From: Obrimoposthia wandeli
Taxonomy: Eukaryota
NCBI GenBank assembly: GCA_977020255.1
Contig: CDROCS010002105.1
Span: forward strand, 310,001-374,000
Direction of reading: 5' to 3'
Length of the DNA: 64,000 nucleotides
Each line of letters starts with the position of its first letter. Position 1 is the first letter of the stretch. Shown here one piece after another: positions 1 through 9,842 of the stretch. The translations under genes were made by a program, and so were the position numbers. The notes beneath the pieces are model-generated. The model made no database searches and was not told the origin of the DNA. It worked only from the letters and a program-made list of their open reading frames with translations.

Positions 1-177
1 TCCTTAATTATAAATTATGTATCTATTATGTCGTGACTATCTATTCAAGTACCAGATTAATTGCTCATATTTAATTGTTATTTATATGCAAATTAAATCG
101 CTGGTGGGTGATTTGATGGATTTAAGAAGGTTAACTGGTATTCTATCTACAGAGTAGACCGAACGTTAGGTAAATTA

Positions 178-612
178 ATGACAATTTGGAAGAAAGCTTT
201 TACGCTCGACACCCTAAACCAAACATCATCGAATACACTGGTTGAACATTTGGGGATTAAATATTCATCGTTTGATGACACTAGCCTATCGGCAACGATG
301 CCTGTGGAACCTAAAACACATCAACCGCTTGGTATGTTGCATGGTGGGGCATCGGTGGTATTAGCTGAAACATTAGGCTCAATTGCTGCAAATATGTGTG
401 TTGATGAGAAGAAATATTGTGTTGGCTTAGATATTAATGCCAATCACATTCGCGCTATGCGAACAGGCAATGTGACGGGAAAAGCCACACCACTTCATAT
501 TGGTATTACAACGCAAGTGTGGCAAATTGAAATTAGTGACGAAAGAGAGCGACTTGTTTGTACTAGTCGAATTACTATGGCAGTTATGCAACATAAAAAG
601 AAAGAAAAATAA
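178..612 (+). CDS. menI: Hotdog-fold thioesterase, PaaI/YdiI(MenI) family
   Basis: 144 aa; HQPLGMLHGGASVVLAETLGS motif and VGLDINANH typical of YdiI/MenI. Confidence 0.8.
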   Translation: MTIWKKAFTLDTLNQTSSNTLVEHLGIKYSSFDDTSLSATMPVEPKTHQPLGMLHGGASVVLAETLGSIAANMCVDEKKYCVGLDINANHIRAMRTGNVTGKATPLHIGITTQVWQIEISDERERLVCTSRITMAVMQHKKKEK

Positions 613-849
613 ATGTTAATGACATTTTCTGAAGGTAAAATCATAGCCAATCAACATGAGCTTGTTATACGTATTGAAAGCGCTGCAAAAGTGACACTGC
701 AAGCGCAAGTTGATGAAGTTACACTGATTGGCGGTGCAAATGTAATAACAGCGACAGGAAGTGGTATAAATTGGTCTGTACGGTTAGACAATGAAGAGCA
801 GTTAAAGGAATTGTCTAACGAAATTGGAATCGCTATACAAAAATATTAA
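613..849 (+). CDS. Small conserved Vibrionaceae protein (DUF3389-like)
   Basis: 78 aa ORF directly after the thioesterase stop; resembles DUF3389 from memory. Confidence 0.7.
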   Translation: MLMTFSEGKIIANQHELVIRIESAAKVTLQAQVDEVTLIGGANVITATGSGINWSVRLDNEEQLKELSNEIGIAIQKY

Positions 850-874
850 TGTCGTTATATAAGCAGCTATATAG

Positions 875-897
875 AAAGAGGTATTATTTACCTCTTT
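875..897. terminator. Rho-independent terminator-like hairpin
   Basis: AAAGAGGTA-ttatt-TACCTCTTT perfect 9-bp stem after the 178-849 gene pair. Confidence 0.55.
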
Positions 898-1186
898 AAA
901 ATCACTCCACCGGCACCGCCGCCAGTGACGATTTGAAAACATCCGCTTTTAACCCTATGAAATTTTAGGTACAAGATTCGCTTTCGCCCAACACGTAGTC
1001 GAATCTTTCGTTCTTGCTTGAATGAAATTATTTATTTTTAATAAATCACTAGTATTGCTATGCATTTTATTGCACTCTTATTGATGTCAATGAATTAAAA
1101 ATATAATAGATTAATATTTTATTCTTAAGTGGAATAATAAGTATTTAAAGTTGCCAGTAATGCTAGGTTAGTATAAGGATATTATA

Positions 1187-2080
1187 ATGAATAAGCCCCA
1201 ACTACAGCGAATTGCTGAAAGCGCTTATCAAGCTATGTTTAGTCAAAGGCCTGAAGTGAGTAATATTCAAGAAACATTCTATGGTTGGGTTGTCTTCCTT
1301 ATTTCATCTAAAGGAAGAGTTGTTGTGAAATTTTCTCGTGAAATTGGACGGATAGAGAAAGAGGTAACAGGTCTAGCATTATTGAAAAAGAAAGTGACTT
1401 GTCCTGTGCCTGAAGTGTATTTTTTTGGTCGTTCAGAAGGCCACGATTACATGCTGATGGAATGGCTAGAAGGCATATCTGCTTATGAATTACCCGATAA
1501 CCCCAAAGCAATAGAAACGTTCCGAGAAGATTACACAAACATATTAATTGCATTGCATGAACACACTGACTCCCGAGGATTTGAAGCGACACCTGAACAG
1601 TTTGAACCTTCTTTAATCGATGCTTTTGATAAGTGGATGTATCCTGTTTTAAGGTATGTATTAAGTTCTTGTTCACCGTTTTCCCGTGAATTAAAAGATG
1701 CGTACGCGCTATTGTGGGAGAAAAAAACAGAAATATTAATGCCCATCAATAATCAGTCCTCTTTTGTTCATGATGATTGTCACATTGCTAATGTGCTTTT
1801 TGATCCCAAAACATACAAAATTTCGGGGTTACTCGATCCTTGCGATGTCGGCTTTAAACATAAAGAATTTGATATTTTTCATTTGTTTGATGTAAGAGAA
1901 GATTTGAAATTAGTTGATCGCTACCATGAAAAATCTCCATTAATTGAAGGGATTGAAGTTAGAAGATATTTTTTAGGATTGTGGGAAGACGCCAAACATA
2001 GCCGCAATATTGGGTGGTATGATGAATATTGGATCAATTGTAAACTGGAACGATTTAACGCTGCTTATAAACAGGCGTAA
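1187..2080 (+). CDS. Aminoglycoside phosphotransferase / choline-fructosamine kinase-like protein
   Basis: 297 aa; VVKF lysine, Brenner-type HDDCHIANVLF and LLDP motifs of the APH/kinase fold. Confidence 0.8.
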   Translation: MNKPQLQRIAESAYQAMFSQRPEVSNIQETFYGWVVFLISSKGRVVVKFSREIGRIEKEVTGLALLKKKVTCPVPEVYFFGRSEGHDYMLMEWLEGISAYELPDNPKAIETFREDYTNILIALHEHTDSRGFEATPEQFEPSLIDAFDKWMYPVLRYVLSSCSPFSRELKDAYALLWEKKTEILMPINNQSSFVHDDCHIANVLFDPKTYKISGLLDPCDVGFKHKEFDIFHLFDVREDLKLVDRYHEKSPLIEGIEVRRYFLGLWEDAKHSRNIGWYDEYWINCKLERFNAAYKQA

Positions 2081-2158
2081 ATCTTTCTGGATAATCATTA
2101 CGTTAGATATTATTGTTATCTAATAGATGGGTAACAAAATGTGCCAAGGATGCGATAA

Positions 2159-2764
2159 ATGAAAAAGATTGTAACTGGTTTTTGTGTGTTGCTACTTGTT
2201 GGCTGTGCGCAGCAACAAAGTATTCAGGAGCCAGAAAAACAGCCTGAAGTTTCTGTTGTTGACCAAAGTATTCCTGAAGTGATTACGCCGGAAGTTAAAC
2301 CAGAGGTTAAGCCTTTGCCGGAAGTGAAACCTGTACCTGAAAAGAAACCCAAGCCTGTTCCTATCGTTACACAAACGAAAGATGGGAAATTGATTCTTGG
2401 TGCACAAGAGTGGGTTTGGTTTGATGAAGTACAGGCGCATGTCAAAGTGAAGGTTAATACCAATAGTAAGGTATCAACCATTGGAGCATCAGATGTACAA
2501 AACTTTGAACGTGATGGTAAAAGTTGGGTTAAATTTACAAGTGGTGGTAAATCGATAGAACGGCCTGTCGTTCGTTGGACCAAGTCTAATGGTGAAGACA
2601 ATAAGCAAGCTGTCATTAACTTACGGACTAAATTAGGTGAATTAAACGAACAAACAGAGTTTATTTTAATTGATGGCTCTGGTGTAATGTTGGGAGAAAA
2701 TTTTACTCGCGACGTTGCAGTGCGTGATGCAAAAAGAAATTACGTACAGCCTAAAGTGAAATAA
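2159..2764 (+). CDS. Lipoprotein, 'ATP-dependent zinc protease' (RimB-like retropepsin fold) family, catalytic motif degenerate
   Basis: Lipobox LLVGC, Pro-rich linker, LGxxEWV and FERDGKSWVKF and RDVAV family motifs; DTG replaced by NTN. Confidence 0.75.
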   Translation: MKKIVTGFCVLLLVGCAQQQSIQEPEKQPEVSVVDQSIPEVITPEVKPEVKPLPEVKPVPEKKPKPVPIVTQTKDGKLILGAQEWVWFDEVQAHVKVKVNTNSKVSTIGASDVQNFERDGKSWVKFTSGGKSIERPVVRWTKSNGEDNKQAVINLRTKLGELNEQTEFILIDGSGVMLGENFTRDVAVRDAKRNYVQPKVK

Positions 2765-2790
2765 GGCCCTGTAAATAAGGTGTGTTTATT

Positions 2791-2818
2791 AAAAAAGCGG
2801 TGTTAGTCACCGCTTTTT
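2791..2818. terminator. Bidirectional terminator
   Basis: AAAAAGCGGTG-ttagt-CACCGCTTTTT between convergent genes. Confidence 0.75.
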
Positions 2819-2854
2819 AATTACTACAATCTACGCGATATTAATTCCAAGATC

Positions 2855-3685
2855 TCAGCAATCAGCGTCTACAATAACTTCATAGCTAGAGAACTTACGA
2901 ATATTAATGACACCCGTATCAAAGAATAAATATTGCCCTTTAATACCGACTAATGTGCCTTCTACAACGGGTTCTTTGTCAAAGTTGTGCGATGTTATCT
3001 TTATTGGGTGTTCAGTGACAGGGAACTTAATATCAACAATTTCAGCATCAAGACGTTCAACAGCATCTTCACCGTATAATTCTGTTATTTCTTTAATGCG
3101 CGCTTCTATTTCAGGAAGCAATCTTTCTGCTTCTTGTTTTAAATTGATAGCGTCATTATCGCCTTTTAGCATTGCACGCCAGTTAGTTTTATCGGCAACC
3201 ATTTCAGCAAGTGCTATTTCCACTAAACCTGAAATTTGGCGCGTTTTTACTTTTAAGATAGGGAGAGCTTGCGTAGCACCTTGATCAATCCAGCGAGTAG
3301 GGATCTGAGTATGGCGTGTAATGCCTACTTTTAATGCTGAAGTATTTGATAAGTAAACATAATGAGGCACCATGCAATTAGCGACGCCCCACTCAGGCTC
3401 ACGACACGTTCCCTTGGCGTAATGACAGGTTTCTGGTTTCATAATACACATGTCGCAGCGGGCAAGTTTCTTCATACAAGGGAAACAATGACCTTGAGAA
3501 TAGCTTTTTTTGGTTTTTTTACCGCAGGCATCGCAAAAGATATTACCTGTGTGGGTCAATTTAAGATGTTTTCCAATGAATGGGTTTAGTGCTAATTGTT
3601 CTTCGCCGACAGGTAAGTAGTATTCAACCACATCACCTAATGTTGACTTCATTTTGCTTAATGTACCTTGCATGACTTTGCTCAT
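2855..3685 (-). CDS. DUF2797 domain protein
   Basis: 276 aa; CxxC clusters, QGHCFPC, HYVYLSNT, KVGITRHTQIPTRWIDQGA signature. Confidence 0.85.
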   Translation of the reverse strand: MSKVMQGTLSKMKSTLGDVVEYYLPVGEEQLALNPFIGKHLKLTHTGNIFCDACGKKTKKSYSQGHCFPCMKKLARCDMCIMKPETCHYAKGTCREPEWGVANCMVPHYVYLSNTSALKVGITRHTQIPTRWIDQGATQALPILKVKTRQISGLVEIALAEMVADKTNWRAMLKGDNDAINLKQEAERLLPEIEARIKEITELYGEDAVERLDAEIVDIKFPVTEHPIKITSHNFDKEPVVEGTLVGIKGQYLFFDTGVINIRKFSSYEVIVDADC

Positions 3686-3876
3686 TTATCTTGCTTTTAT
3701 AATGACTTCATTTTAACAGCTACTGCGTAACAGGGGCATTAAAAATAACACGCATTAAAACTGCTCATTTATGTGAAACGTTGTGTGAATTGTTCATTTT
3801 TCCGACCAGGCTTGTTTACTATATATTATTATTTGGTATTATTTTGTTGCTAAAACAATAATATGGAATGGATGCA

Positions 3877-4326
3877 ATGAAAGTAAAATTACTATTAAGC
3901 AGCATTGTACTTGTCGCGACAACTGCTGTAGCTAGCCCGTTTGAAAAACCAGAAGATGCGATTCACTATCGCCAAGCAACATTTACAATGATTGCTGCAA
4001 ATTTTGGTGATATGGCTGAAATGGTAAAAGGTCGTAAAGATTGGAACCAAGACGTTTTTGCTCAACGTGCTCAGTATATCTCTCAGTTATCATTGATGCC
4101 TGAAGAAGCCTTTAATGTTGAAGGAACTGACAAAGGTGATACGAAAGCAAAGCCTGAGATCTGGAGTGATTGGAATGGTTTTACAGGTAAATTAACAAAG
4201 TTCCAAGGCGATATGGCACAGTTGGCAAAAGTGTCATCAGAAGGTGATGAACGAGCCACTAAGCAAGCGTTTGGTGTGGCAGCTAAAAATTGCAAATCTT
4301 GCCATACAGATTACAAATTTCGTTAA
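3877..4326 (+). CDS. Cytochrome c' (class II cytochrome c)
   Basis: Signal peptide, AIHYRQ, KAKPEIWSDW, C-terminal CKSCH heme motif; alternative start 3868. Confidence 0.9.
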   Translation: MKVKLLLSSIVLVATTAVASPFEKPEDAIHYRQATFTMIAANFGDMAEMVKGRKDWNQDVFAQRAQYISQLSLMPEEAFNVEGTDKGDTKAKPEIWSDWNGFTGKLTKFQGDMAQLAKVSSEGDERATKQAFGVAAKNCKSCHTDYKFR

Positions 4327-4358
4327 GCGTTTGATGGCATAAGAGAAGCTCTAACAAT

Positions 4359-4408
4359 AAAACACCGAAGGTAAATGATATTTAATCATACTGCCCTCGG
4401 TGTTTTTT
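4359..4408. terminator. Terminator hairpin between cytochrome genes
   Basis: AAAACACCGA...TCGGTGTTTTTT inverted repeat. Confidence 0.55.
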
Positions 4409-4544
4409 ATTGTGCGTTTATACCCAAACTCCAAATAGAACCACTATTCGCTCATATGGCTGCCTTGCCTAAAAGCCACTGAATTCTCGCTGAACACTGC
4501 ATTTTTAAGTGGTTTGGGTATATAACTTAACCCTAAATACAGGT

Positions 4545-5237
4545 TTAAAAAAGGTAAGCGACAATGTCTTTTGCTAAGTATGAATAAACTGCAGAGCCTA
4601 TTGTGGCAAATATAATCCAGCCAATAATACCATTGACCATTTTTGGTGCGACTTCTGCGTCAATTTCTGTGACTGTTTCTTTACGGCCATTGATCATTGG
4701 TTTAATCAGGTTATCTTTCTTGAATAGGTAATAGAAAATAGCAACAAGGTGCAGAACGACAGCACCGAGCATTAAATCAAAATTTAATGAGTGAATCTCG
4801 GTCATCAAGCTGCTTTCTTCCCCTGTTATGTACATAGCCAAAGGACCTTCAGATATAATATCGTCGGTAGCAAAAAGACCAGTGATCAGCTGTGTAGCCA
4901 GTAAAATGAAGAAGCCTAAAACCATATAGCCCCCAGCTGGGTTATGCCCTAAATGCACATCACTGTTTTTCTTTGTCCGCATTGATTGAAAATATTGAAT
5001 AACTACGCGTGGAGTACGAACAAAAAGAAGAAATTTTGCGGTGTCACTGCCAATAAAGCCCCAAATAATACGTGTTAACAGAAGCGTTAATAAGAAGTAA
5101 GCGATAGCAAAGTGCCAGTCCATTAGCCCTTCAGTACCCGTGTACCATAATCCGCCAATACACAAGACTTGAAGCCAGTGATAACCTCGAACAAAGCTAT
5201 CCCAGATTGCTGTTGATACTTTCATAATACTTTCCAT
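4545..5237 (-). CDS. Cytochrome b/b6 domain membrane protein (Ni-hydrogenase cytochrome b-like)
   Basis: 230 aa; WD..VR..HW, WHF, GHNPAGG, EIHS, LHLVAI heme-ligand histidines, 4-5 TM segments. Confidence 0.85.
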   Translation of the reverse strand: MESIMKVSTAIWDSFVRGYHWLQVLCIGGLWYTGTEGLMDWHFAIAYFLLTLLLTRIIWGFIGSDTAKFLLFVRTPRVVIQYFQSMRTKKNSDVHLGHNPAGGYMVLGFFILLATQLITGLFATDDIISEGPLAMYITGEESSLMTEIHSLNFDLMLGAVVLHLVAIFYYLFKKDNLIKPMINGRKETVTEIDAEVAPKMVNGIIGWIIFATIGSAVYSYLAKDIVAYLF

Positions 5238-5392
5238 TAGATCGTGATAGGCCGGTTATGATTGAAGTGATAAATATGTAATCGGAAATTTTGTACGTTA
5301 ACGATATTAGACGTTAGCTGTATACGCGCTATTTTCTCAAAATTAACAATCTAGTACTACATTTGTTGCATTTTTTTACAATTAATTTATAT

Positions 5393-5423
5393 AAAAAAGC
5401 CAGTAGAAACTTTCTACTGGCTT
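5393..5423 (-). terminator. Terminator of cti
   Basis: AAGCCAGTAGA-aactt-TCTACTGGCTT with A-run giving a U-tail on the minus strand. Confidence 0.7.
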
Positions 5424-5506
5424 AAATACGCATCTAGACAAATAGCTGATTAAAATTATTTACCCAGAACGGTATAACAATAATCAACGTATCTAAAACA
5501 AGCTAC

Positions 5507-7900
5507 TCACCTGTTTTGAATACGATTGTAATCAAGAATACCTGATTCAATAGGGTAGTTGTGCCTATATTGCTTTATCAAGGCATCACTGAAAGACCAG
5601 AAAGAAGGATGTGTTCGACGAATCCCATATTTATCTAATAACCTTTCATAGTCACCATTGGTTTTCACTTTTAGCACTTGATCTACCAAGGCTGGCAGTT
5701 CACTTTCTTTTATTAGCCAAAAAGCGGCGGGGTAACTTCCCAATAGTCCGTTAACGATAGTCACTGTATCACGTTTATATTGCCTGTTTGATTTCTCATC
5801 AAATAAGCTAGAAATATTTTTATGGGCACTATTTCTTATCAAGGTGAAGAGCTGAGAATCTAAGGAAGCATCATCTGGTTCAACCATAATAAAAGTGAGT
5901 TCAGGGAATATGGAGGCATCTTCTCCTCGTACTTGATTGATTTTATGAAGAGATTCTTTGCTTTCGTTTGAAAGCCGTGTTGATTCTAGCGAATAACGCG
6001 TCGGCGTTACATTTTTAACGCGCTTCTTTAGCATTTGTAACAATTCATGCTTAGGATTACTTGTTGTATAGGTAACCCCTGTTGGTTGGTCGAACGTATT
6101 GATATCACCTTCAAGATACATTGTTAAACTTTGATTAGCGCCTTGATACCAATCGGCAAGCTCTTGACGGCGATTTTTGGTAGGTAAAAATGATAAGAAA
6201 TTTGATTCGCCTTCCATGCGTAGAAGATCCATGTACATACGTGTCATTAACTGATGACCATAATTGCCATAGACATCAAAACCAGCGACCAGTAAATAAT
6301 GAATTCGTTCTAATAGCGAATAGTCGATAACCCATGCTGTTTTAGGCTGTTCACCAATTAAGCCTTGAACAACAGATGCACTATCGAAATGACGGAACAC
6401 CGTTAAGGTTGCGTTTTTATTAGTGCCATCGCCATCCCAAATTAGTTGAGTCGTTAGGTGTTCTCCATTTTTAAATCGTTCATTCATATAGGCATTTTTT
6501 GCTCGTAGAAACCGACCTTGTTGCTTGGAATATGAAATCCAATTAGCAATAGTTGCGGTATTACTTTCCTTTTCTGCGGGAAGATGAAGATTTTTCTTTT
6601 GTGAACGATAAAATGAGTTTACTTGCGTGAGATTAGACATATCAGGATCAACAAAAAACACCCAAAAGCGATCATTAATAACATTTAGTGCAAGCTGCCC
6701 TCTACATACAGGGCCCTTTATATACGCCATAATCGTATTTTGTGCATTATCAAGCATGAACTTATAGCGTGCCTCTGCTGGCAATTCAGTGAAGGCTGTT
6801 AGCGGGTTTGCAGCTACCTTGGGTTTGTAGCTTGGTAAGGCAGTTACTGTGTAATTAGGCTCAATAAACAATGACTTTATGCGTGCAAGCTTTTCATTAT
6901 CGAGTGCGTATGGCATATGTGTTTTATCAACAATCGTTTCGCGCACTTGTACTAAGCGGTAGTAGACGCGATCTACCTTGGGATCATCAAAAGGTCGGCG
7001 AGTGGCGATTAGATCAATTGGCTTACCGGGTGCTGTTCTTGATCTTACTAATTTGAAGAATGTTGGTATTTCTTGTTTTTGTACTTCTTCTATATCGAAG
7101 TATAAATGTGAAACGAATACATGTTCAAATATATAGCGGCTTGTTAGTTGTTGTTTTAACGAATTTCGATTTAAGAATGTTTCCCATTTTTCCACTTCTT
7201 TAAGTTCAGAGCTTGAAGGGGGAGCGACGGTTGTCATTGGTGCGCCTACCGAAACCCACCGCATCAAAAGATCATTTTCAATGCTTGATATTTGCGGTAA
7301 ACCATAAGGCATTCCCCACTTAGGGTATTTTTCTTCATAGGTGCTCATTTCTTCAATGGTAGGGCACTGTTGATCACGATCGAGAGAAAAGTCCCAAGAG
7401 TCATCAAGAATTTCATTATTTGGTAAAGGGTGGTTTTGTTTTAACTGAAGCATTCGGGCAATAACACCAGCTTGTGTATTGGCTTCTGGTGATTGTAAGC
7501 GTTCATTCAAGACAGGCGAAAAGCCTTTATTGCGCCACTCTGTGGTTGTTTGTGCATCTATAAACATTCGAGTTGTATTTGCGGCTAGTAACCGTGTGCC
7601 TTGGTAGACTTTATCTTTATTGGCGCCACGGTCTATACCTTCAGACGAGGACATCTTCAGCTGACAAGGCGCATCATAACAAGCGTGGCAGACGACACAT
7701 CTATTGTCTATTATAGGTTTAATATCATTAACATAGTGTTGAGCCTGAAAATAATCTGCATCTAACATACGCTGCTTAGGTTCGGGCTGACCGTATAAAT
7801 TATTGTAATTTAAACCAGCGTAGGCAGCACAGCCAGAAAAGATAACGGAAGCGAGTATTAAAATTGCACGTTTGTAGTGCTTAATAAATGGTCTATACAT
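5507..7900 (-). CDS. cti: Fatty acid cis/trans isomerase
   Basis: 797 aa; RCVVCHACYDAPCQLK heme motif, FIKGPVCRGQLALNV, RHFDSASV family motifs. Confidence 0.93.
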   Translation of the reverse strand: MYRPFIKHYKRAILILASVIFSGCAAYAGLNYNNLYGQPEPKQRMLDADYFQAQHYVNDIKPIIDNRCVVCHACYDAPCQLKMSSSEGIDRGANKDKVYQGTRLLAANTTRMFIDAQTTTEWRNKGFSPVLNERLQSPEANTQAGVIARMLQLKQNHPLPNNEILDDSWDFSLDRDQQCPTIEEMSTYEEKYPKWGMPYGLPQISSIENDLLMRWVSVGAPMTTVAPPSSSELKEVEKWETFLNRNSLKQQLTSRYIFEHVFVSHLYFDIEEVQKQEIPTFFKLVRSRTAPGKPIDLIATRRPFDDPKVDRVYYRLVQVRETIVDKTHMPYALDNEKLARIKSLFIEPNYTVTALPSYKPKVAANPLTAFTELPAEARYKFMLDNAQNTIMAYIKGPVCRGQLALNVINDRFWVFFVDPDMSNLTQVNSFYRSQKKNLHLPAEKESNTATIANWISYSKQQGRFLRAKNAYMNERFKNGEHLTTQLIWDGDGTNKNATLTVFRHFDSASVVQGLIGEQPKTAWVIDYSLLERIHYLLVAGFDVYGNYGHQLMTRMYMDLLRMEGESNFLSFLPTKNRRQELADWYQGANQSLTMYLEGDINTFDQPTGVTYTTSNPKHELLQMLKKRVKNVTPTRYSLESTRLSNESKESLHKINQVRGEDASIFPELTFIMVEPDDASLDSQLFTLIRNSAHKNISSLFDEKSNRQYKRDTVTIVNGLLGSYPAAFWLIKESELPALVDQVLKVKTNGDYERLLDKYGIRRTHPSFWSFSDALIKQYRHNYPIESGILDYNRIQNR

Positions 7901-8160
7901 CGTATTATCAACCTATTTACTTTTTGTTTATTGGTGTTAACTAATCAAACTTTGCTTAGTTTTCACGAAAGGTACTGATTTTAAAGGTATTAATTAAGTG
8001 ATATACAATGATTAGTATGTTGATAAACACATGAACTAAATAAATAATATAGTATTAAATCTTAATTATATCAAAAGCCTAAAATTGAACTGAATTTGAT
8101 TGATGTAATTAGAGGATTTGATAATGTAAAGCCAGCAGCAATGAATATGTAAGGGGAAGT

Positions 8161-8463
8161 ATGTTTGGGTTAAAAGCAACAGGGCGAGATGGCGTGTCTT
8201 CAGGCATTTTTCTTATTGGTTTTGGTTTACTTTACTTAACGGGTTGGTGGTGGCCTGGTTTACTCATTTTACTGGGTGTTACCGGTATTGTTGATATGGT
8301 AATGAGTGCCAATTGGAAGGGAGCTGCAAAAACGGCTGCAGTATTTATGATTACAGCGATCGTACTTTGGGGGCTGGTAGGGATAGGGGTCATGTGGAAT
8401 GTTTTGATCCCCAGCTTATTAATCTTGGTAGGTATTTTTTGGGTTTACCGTGGATTTAAGTGA
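8161..8463 (+). CDS. Hypothetical 4-TM membrane protein (LiaI/LiaF-TM-like)
   Basis: 100 aa, hydrophobic, GIFLIGFGLLYLTGWWWPG; good RBS (AAGGGG); 3' end overlaps the convergent regulator by 45 nt. Confidence 0.7.
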   Translation: MFGLKATGRDGVSSGIFLIGFGLLYLTGWWWPGLLILLGVTGIVDMVMSANWKGAAKTAAVFMITAIVLWGLVGIGVMWNVLIPSLLILVGIFWVYRGFK

Positions 8464-9708
8464 TCTATTGCTTTTTTCACTATTATGCAACCAATACAAC
8501 CCAGAATCATCGTTTAAGATAAGGTTTAAGTAATCTTGTTGGTAGACAAGGTATGTAAAGGTGGACGTATTATTTAAATAGGTATCTTGCATGTTTTTTT
8601 CTGTTGTTAAGGCAACAGATTTACTTTCTATGATTTCTTTACTTGGCTGATACGACCAATGAAACATTTCAGGTGTAATTATTACTGTCTTTAAAAATTG
8701 AGACGGTGTTTTATCGTATTCCCGAACAGAGGCTGCTCGAATCGATAATGCATGATGATAGTCACTTTTGTCTTCAGTGATGAATGACATAAATGAGTAG
8801 TTCAATCCGCCTGATTGCTCTTTGGAAATATAATAATGGATAACTTTTGAATGAATGCCTGAGCCATCAAGATAGTTCATAAATGACTGTGCAGTGGGTT
8901 CTCGCGCCAGTTCAGTTTGAATGATGGGCGTTTCACGGTATGTTTTCATATTATTAGATAGAAAATTAGAGAACAGTTCCCAATTTTCAGTTGTGACGGT
9001 ATAAGAGAAATCACTGCTCTCTATACAGTCATCTTGATCATTAAGATGACACCATGCAAACGAATACAGATCGTTATTTTTATATCCAATAATTCTTCGA
9101 TCTATGATCGAAGACGGATCAAAGAACATTTTGTGTTCTTTATATATTTCGATTGTTTTCGTTCTTAGGTCAACAATATCAGCTTTTGTTTTACCGATGA
9201 ATGTTAACTTGTTAGTGCTTATAACTGCTTCAGTGATGACGTATTTATCTGGCGTTGGAACTGGCTTTGGAAAAAAATAATAAGATAAACCAGCAACAAT
9301 AACGGCACCAGAAATGGTACAGACAATGAATAATGTTGATTTCTTTTTATCCGAGTTTGTTAATTCTACATTTGTATTTAAATTGACTTCTTCACGTACG
9401 AAATCACGAACTTGGTATCCTACGCGAGGTAGAGTTTCGATGATATCGCCTTTCTTTTCTTCATGTAATTTTACGCGTAGAGCGCGAATAACCTGAAATA
9501 AAGACGCTTCGGTTACAATGCGATCTGGCCATCCTGCTTTTAATAATTCATTTTTTGTTACGGGACGACCGTAATTTTCGATCAGATGCGTCAGAATATA
9601 CTGTTCAGAAAGGTTTAGCTTCTGAGTCGAATCTGCTGATTTTAGGATGCCAAGACTTGGAACATAGCAAATATCTGTTCGAAACTTAATTTGCTCAGTG
9701 CTGGACAT
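8419..9708 (-). CDS. ToxR/CadC-type transmembrane transcriptional regulator (OmpR-type wHTH + TM + periplasmic domain)
   Basis: N-terminal wHTH (VTKNELLKAGWPDRIVTEASLFQVIRALR...IETLPRVGY), one TM at about aa 126-146, about 280-aa periplasmic region. Confidence 0.85.
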   Translation of the reverse strand: MSSTEQIKFRTDICYVPSLGILKSADSTQKLNLSEQYILTHLIENYGRPVTKNELLKAGWPDRIVTEASLFQVIRALRVKLHEEKKGDIIETLPRVGYQVRDFVREEVNLNTNVELTNSDKKKSTLFIVCTISGAVIVAGLSYYFFPKPVPTPDKYVITEAVISTNKLTFIGKTKADIVDLRTKTIEIYKEHKMFFDPSSIIDRRIIGYKNNDLYSFAWCHLNDQDDCIESSDFSYTVTTENWELFSNFLSNNMKTYRETPIIQTELAREPTAQSFMNYLDGSGIHSKVIHYYISKEQSGGLNYSFMSFITEDKSDYHHALSIRAASVREYDKTPSQFLKTVIITPEMFHWSYQPSKEIIESKSVALTTEKNMQDTYLNNTSTFTYLVYQQDYLNLILNDDSGLYWLHNSEKSNRSLKSTVNPKNTYQD

Positions 9709-9842
9709 TCATACCTCTAACTAATGAAGAACATTCAACTATCATTGAATTATATAAGAGTTGGATATTATCACGAAATAAGTAAAAAACCATTTTTACA
9801 AGTATTGAATCACATAATTATGACATGACATGAGGTCATGGT

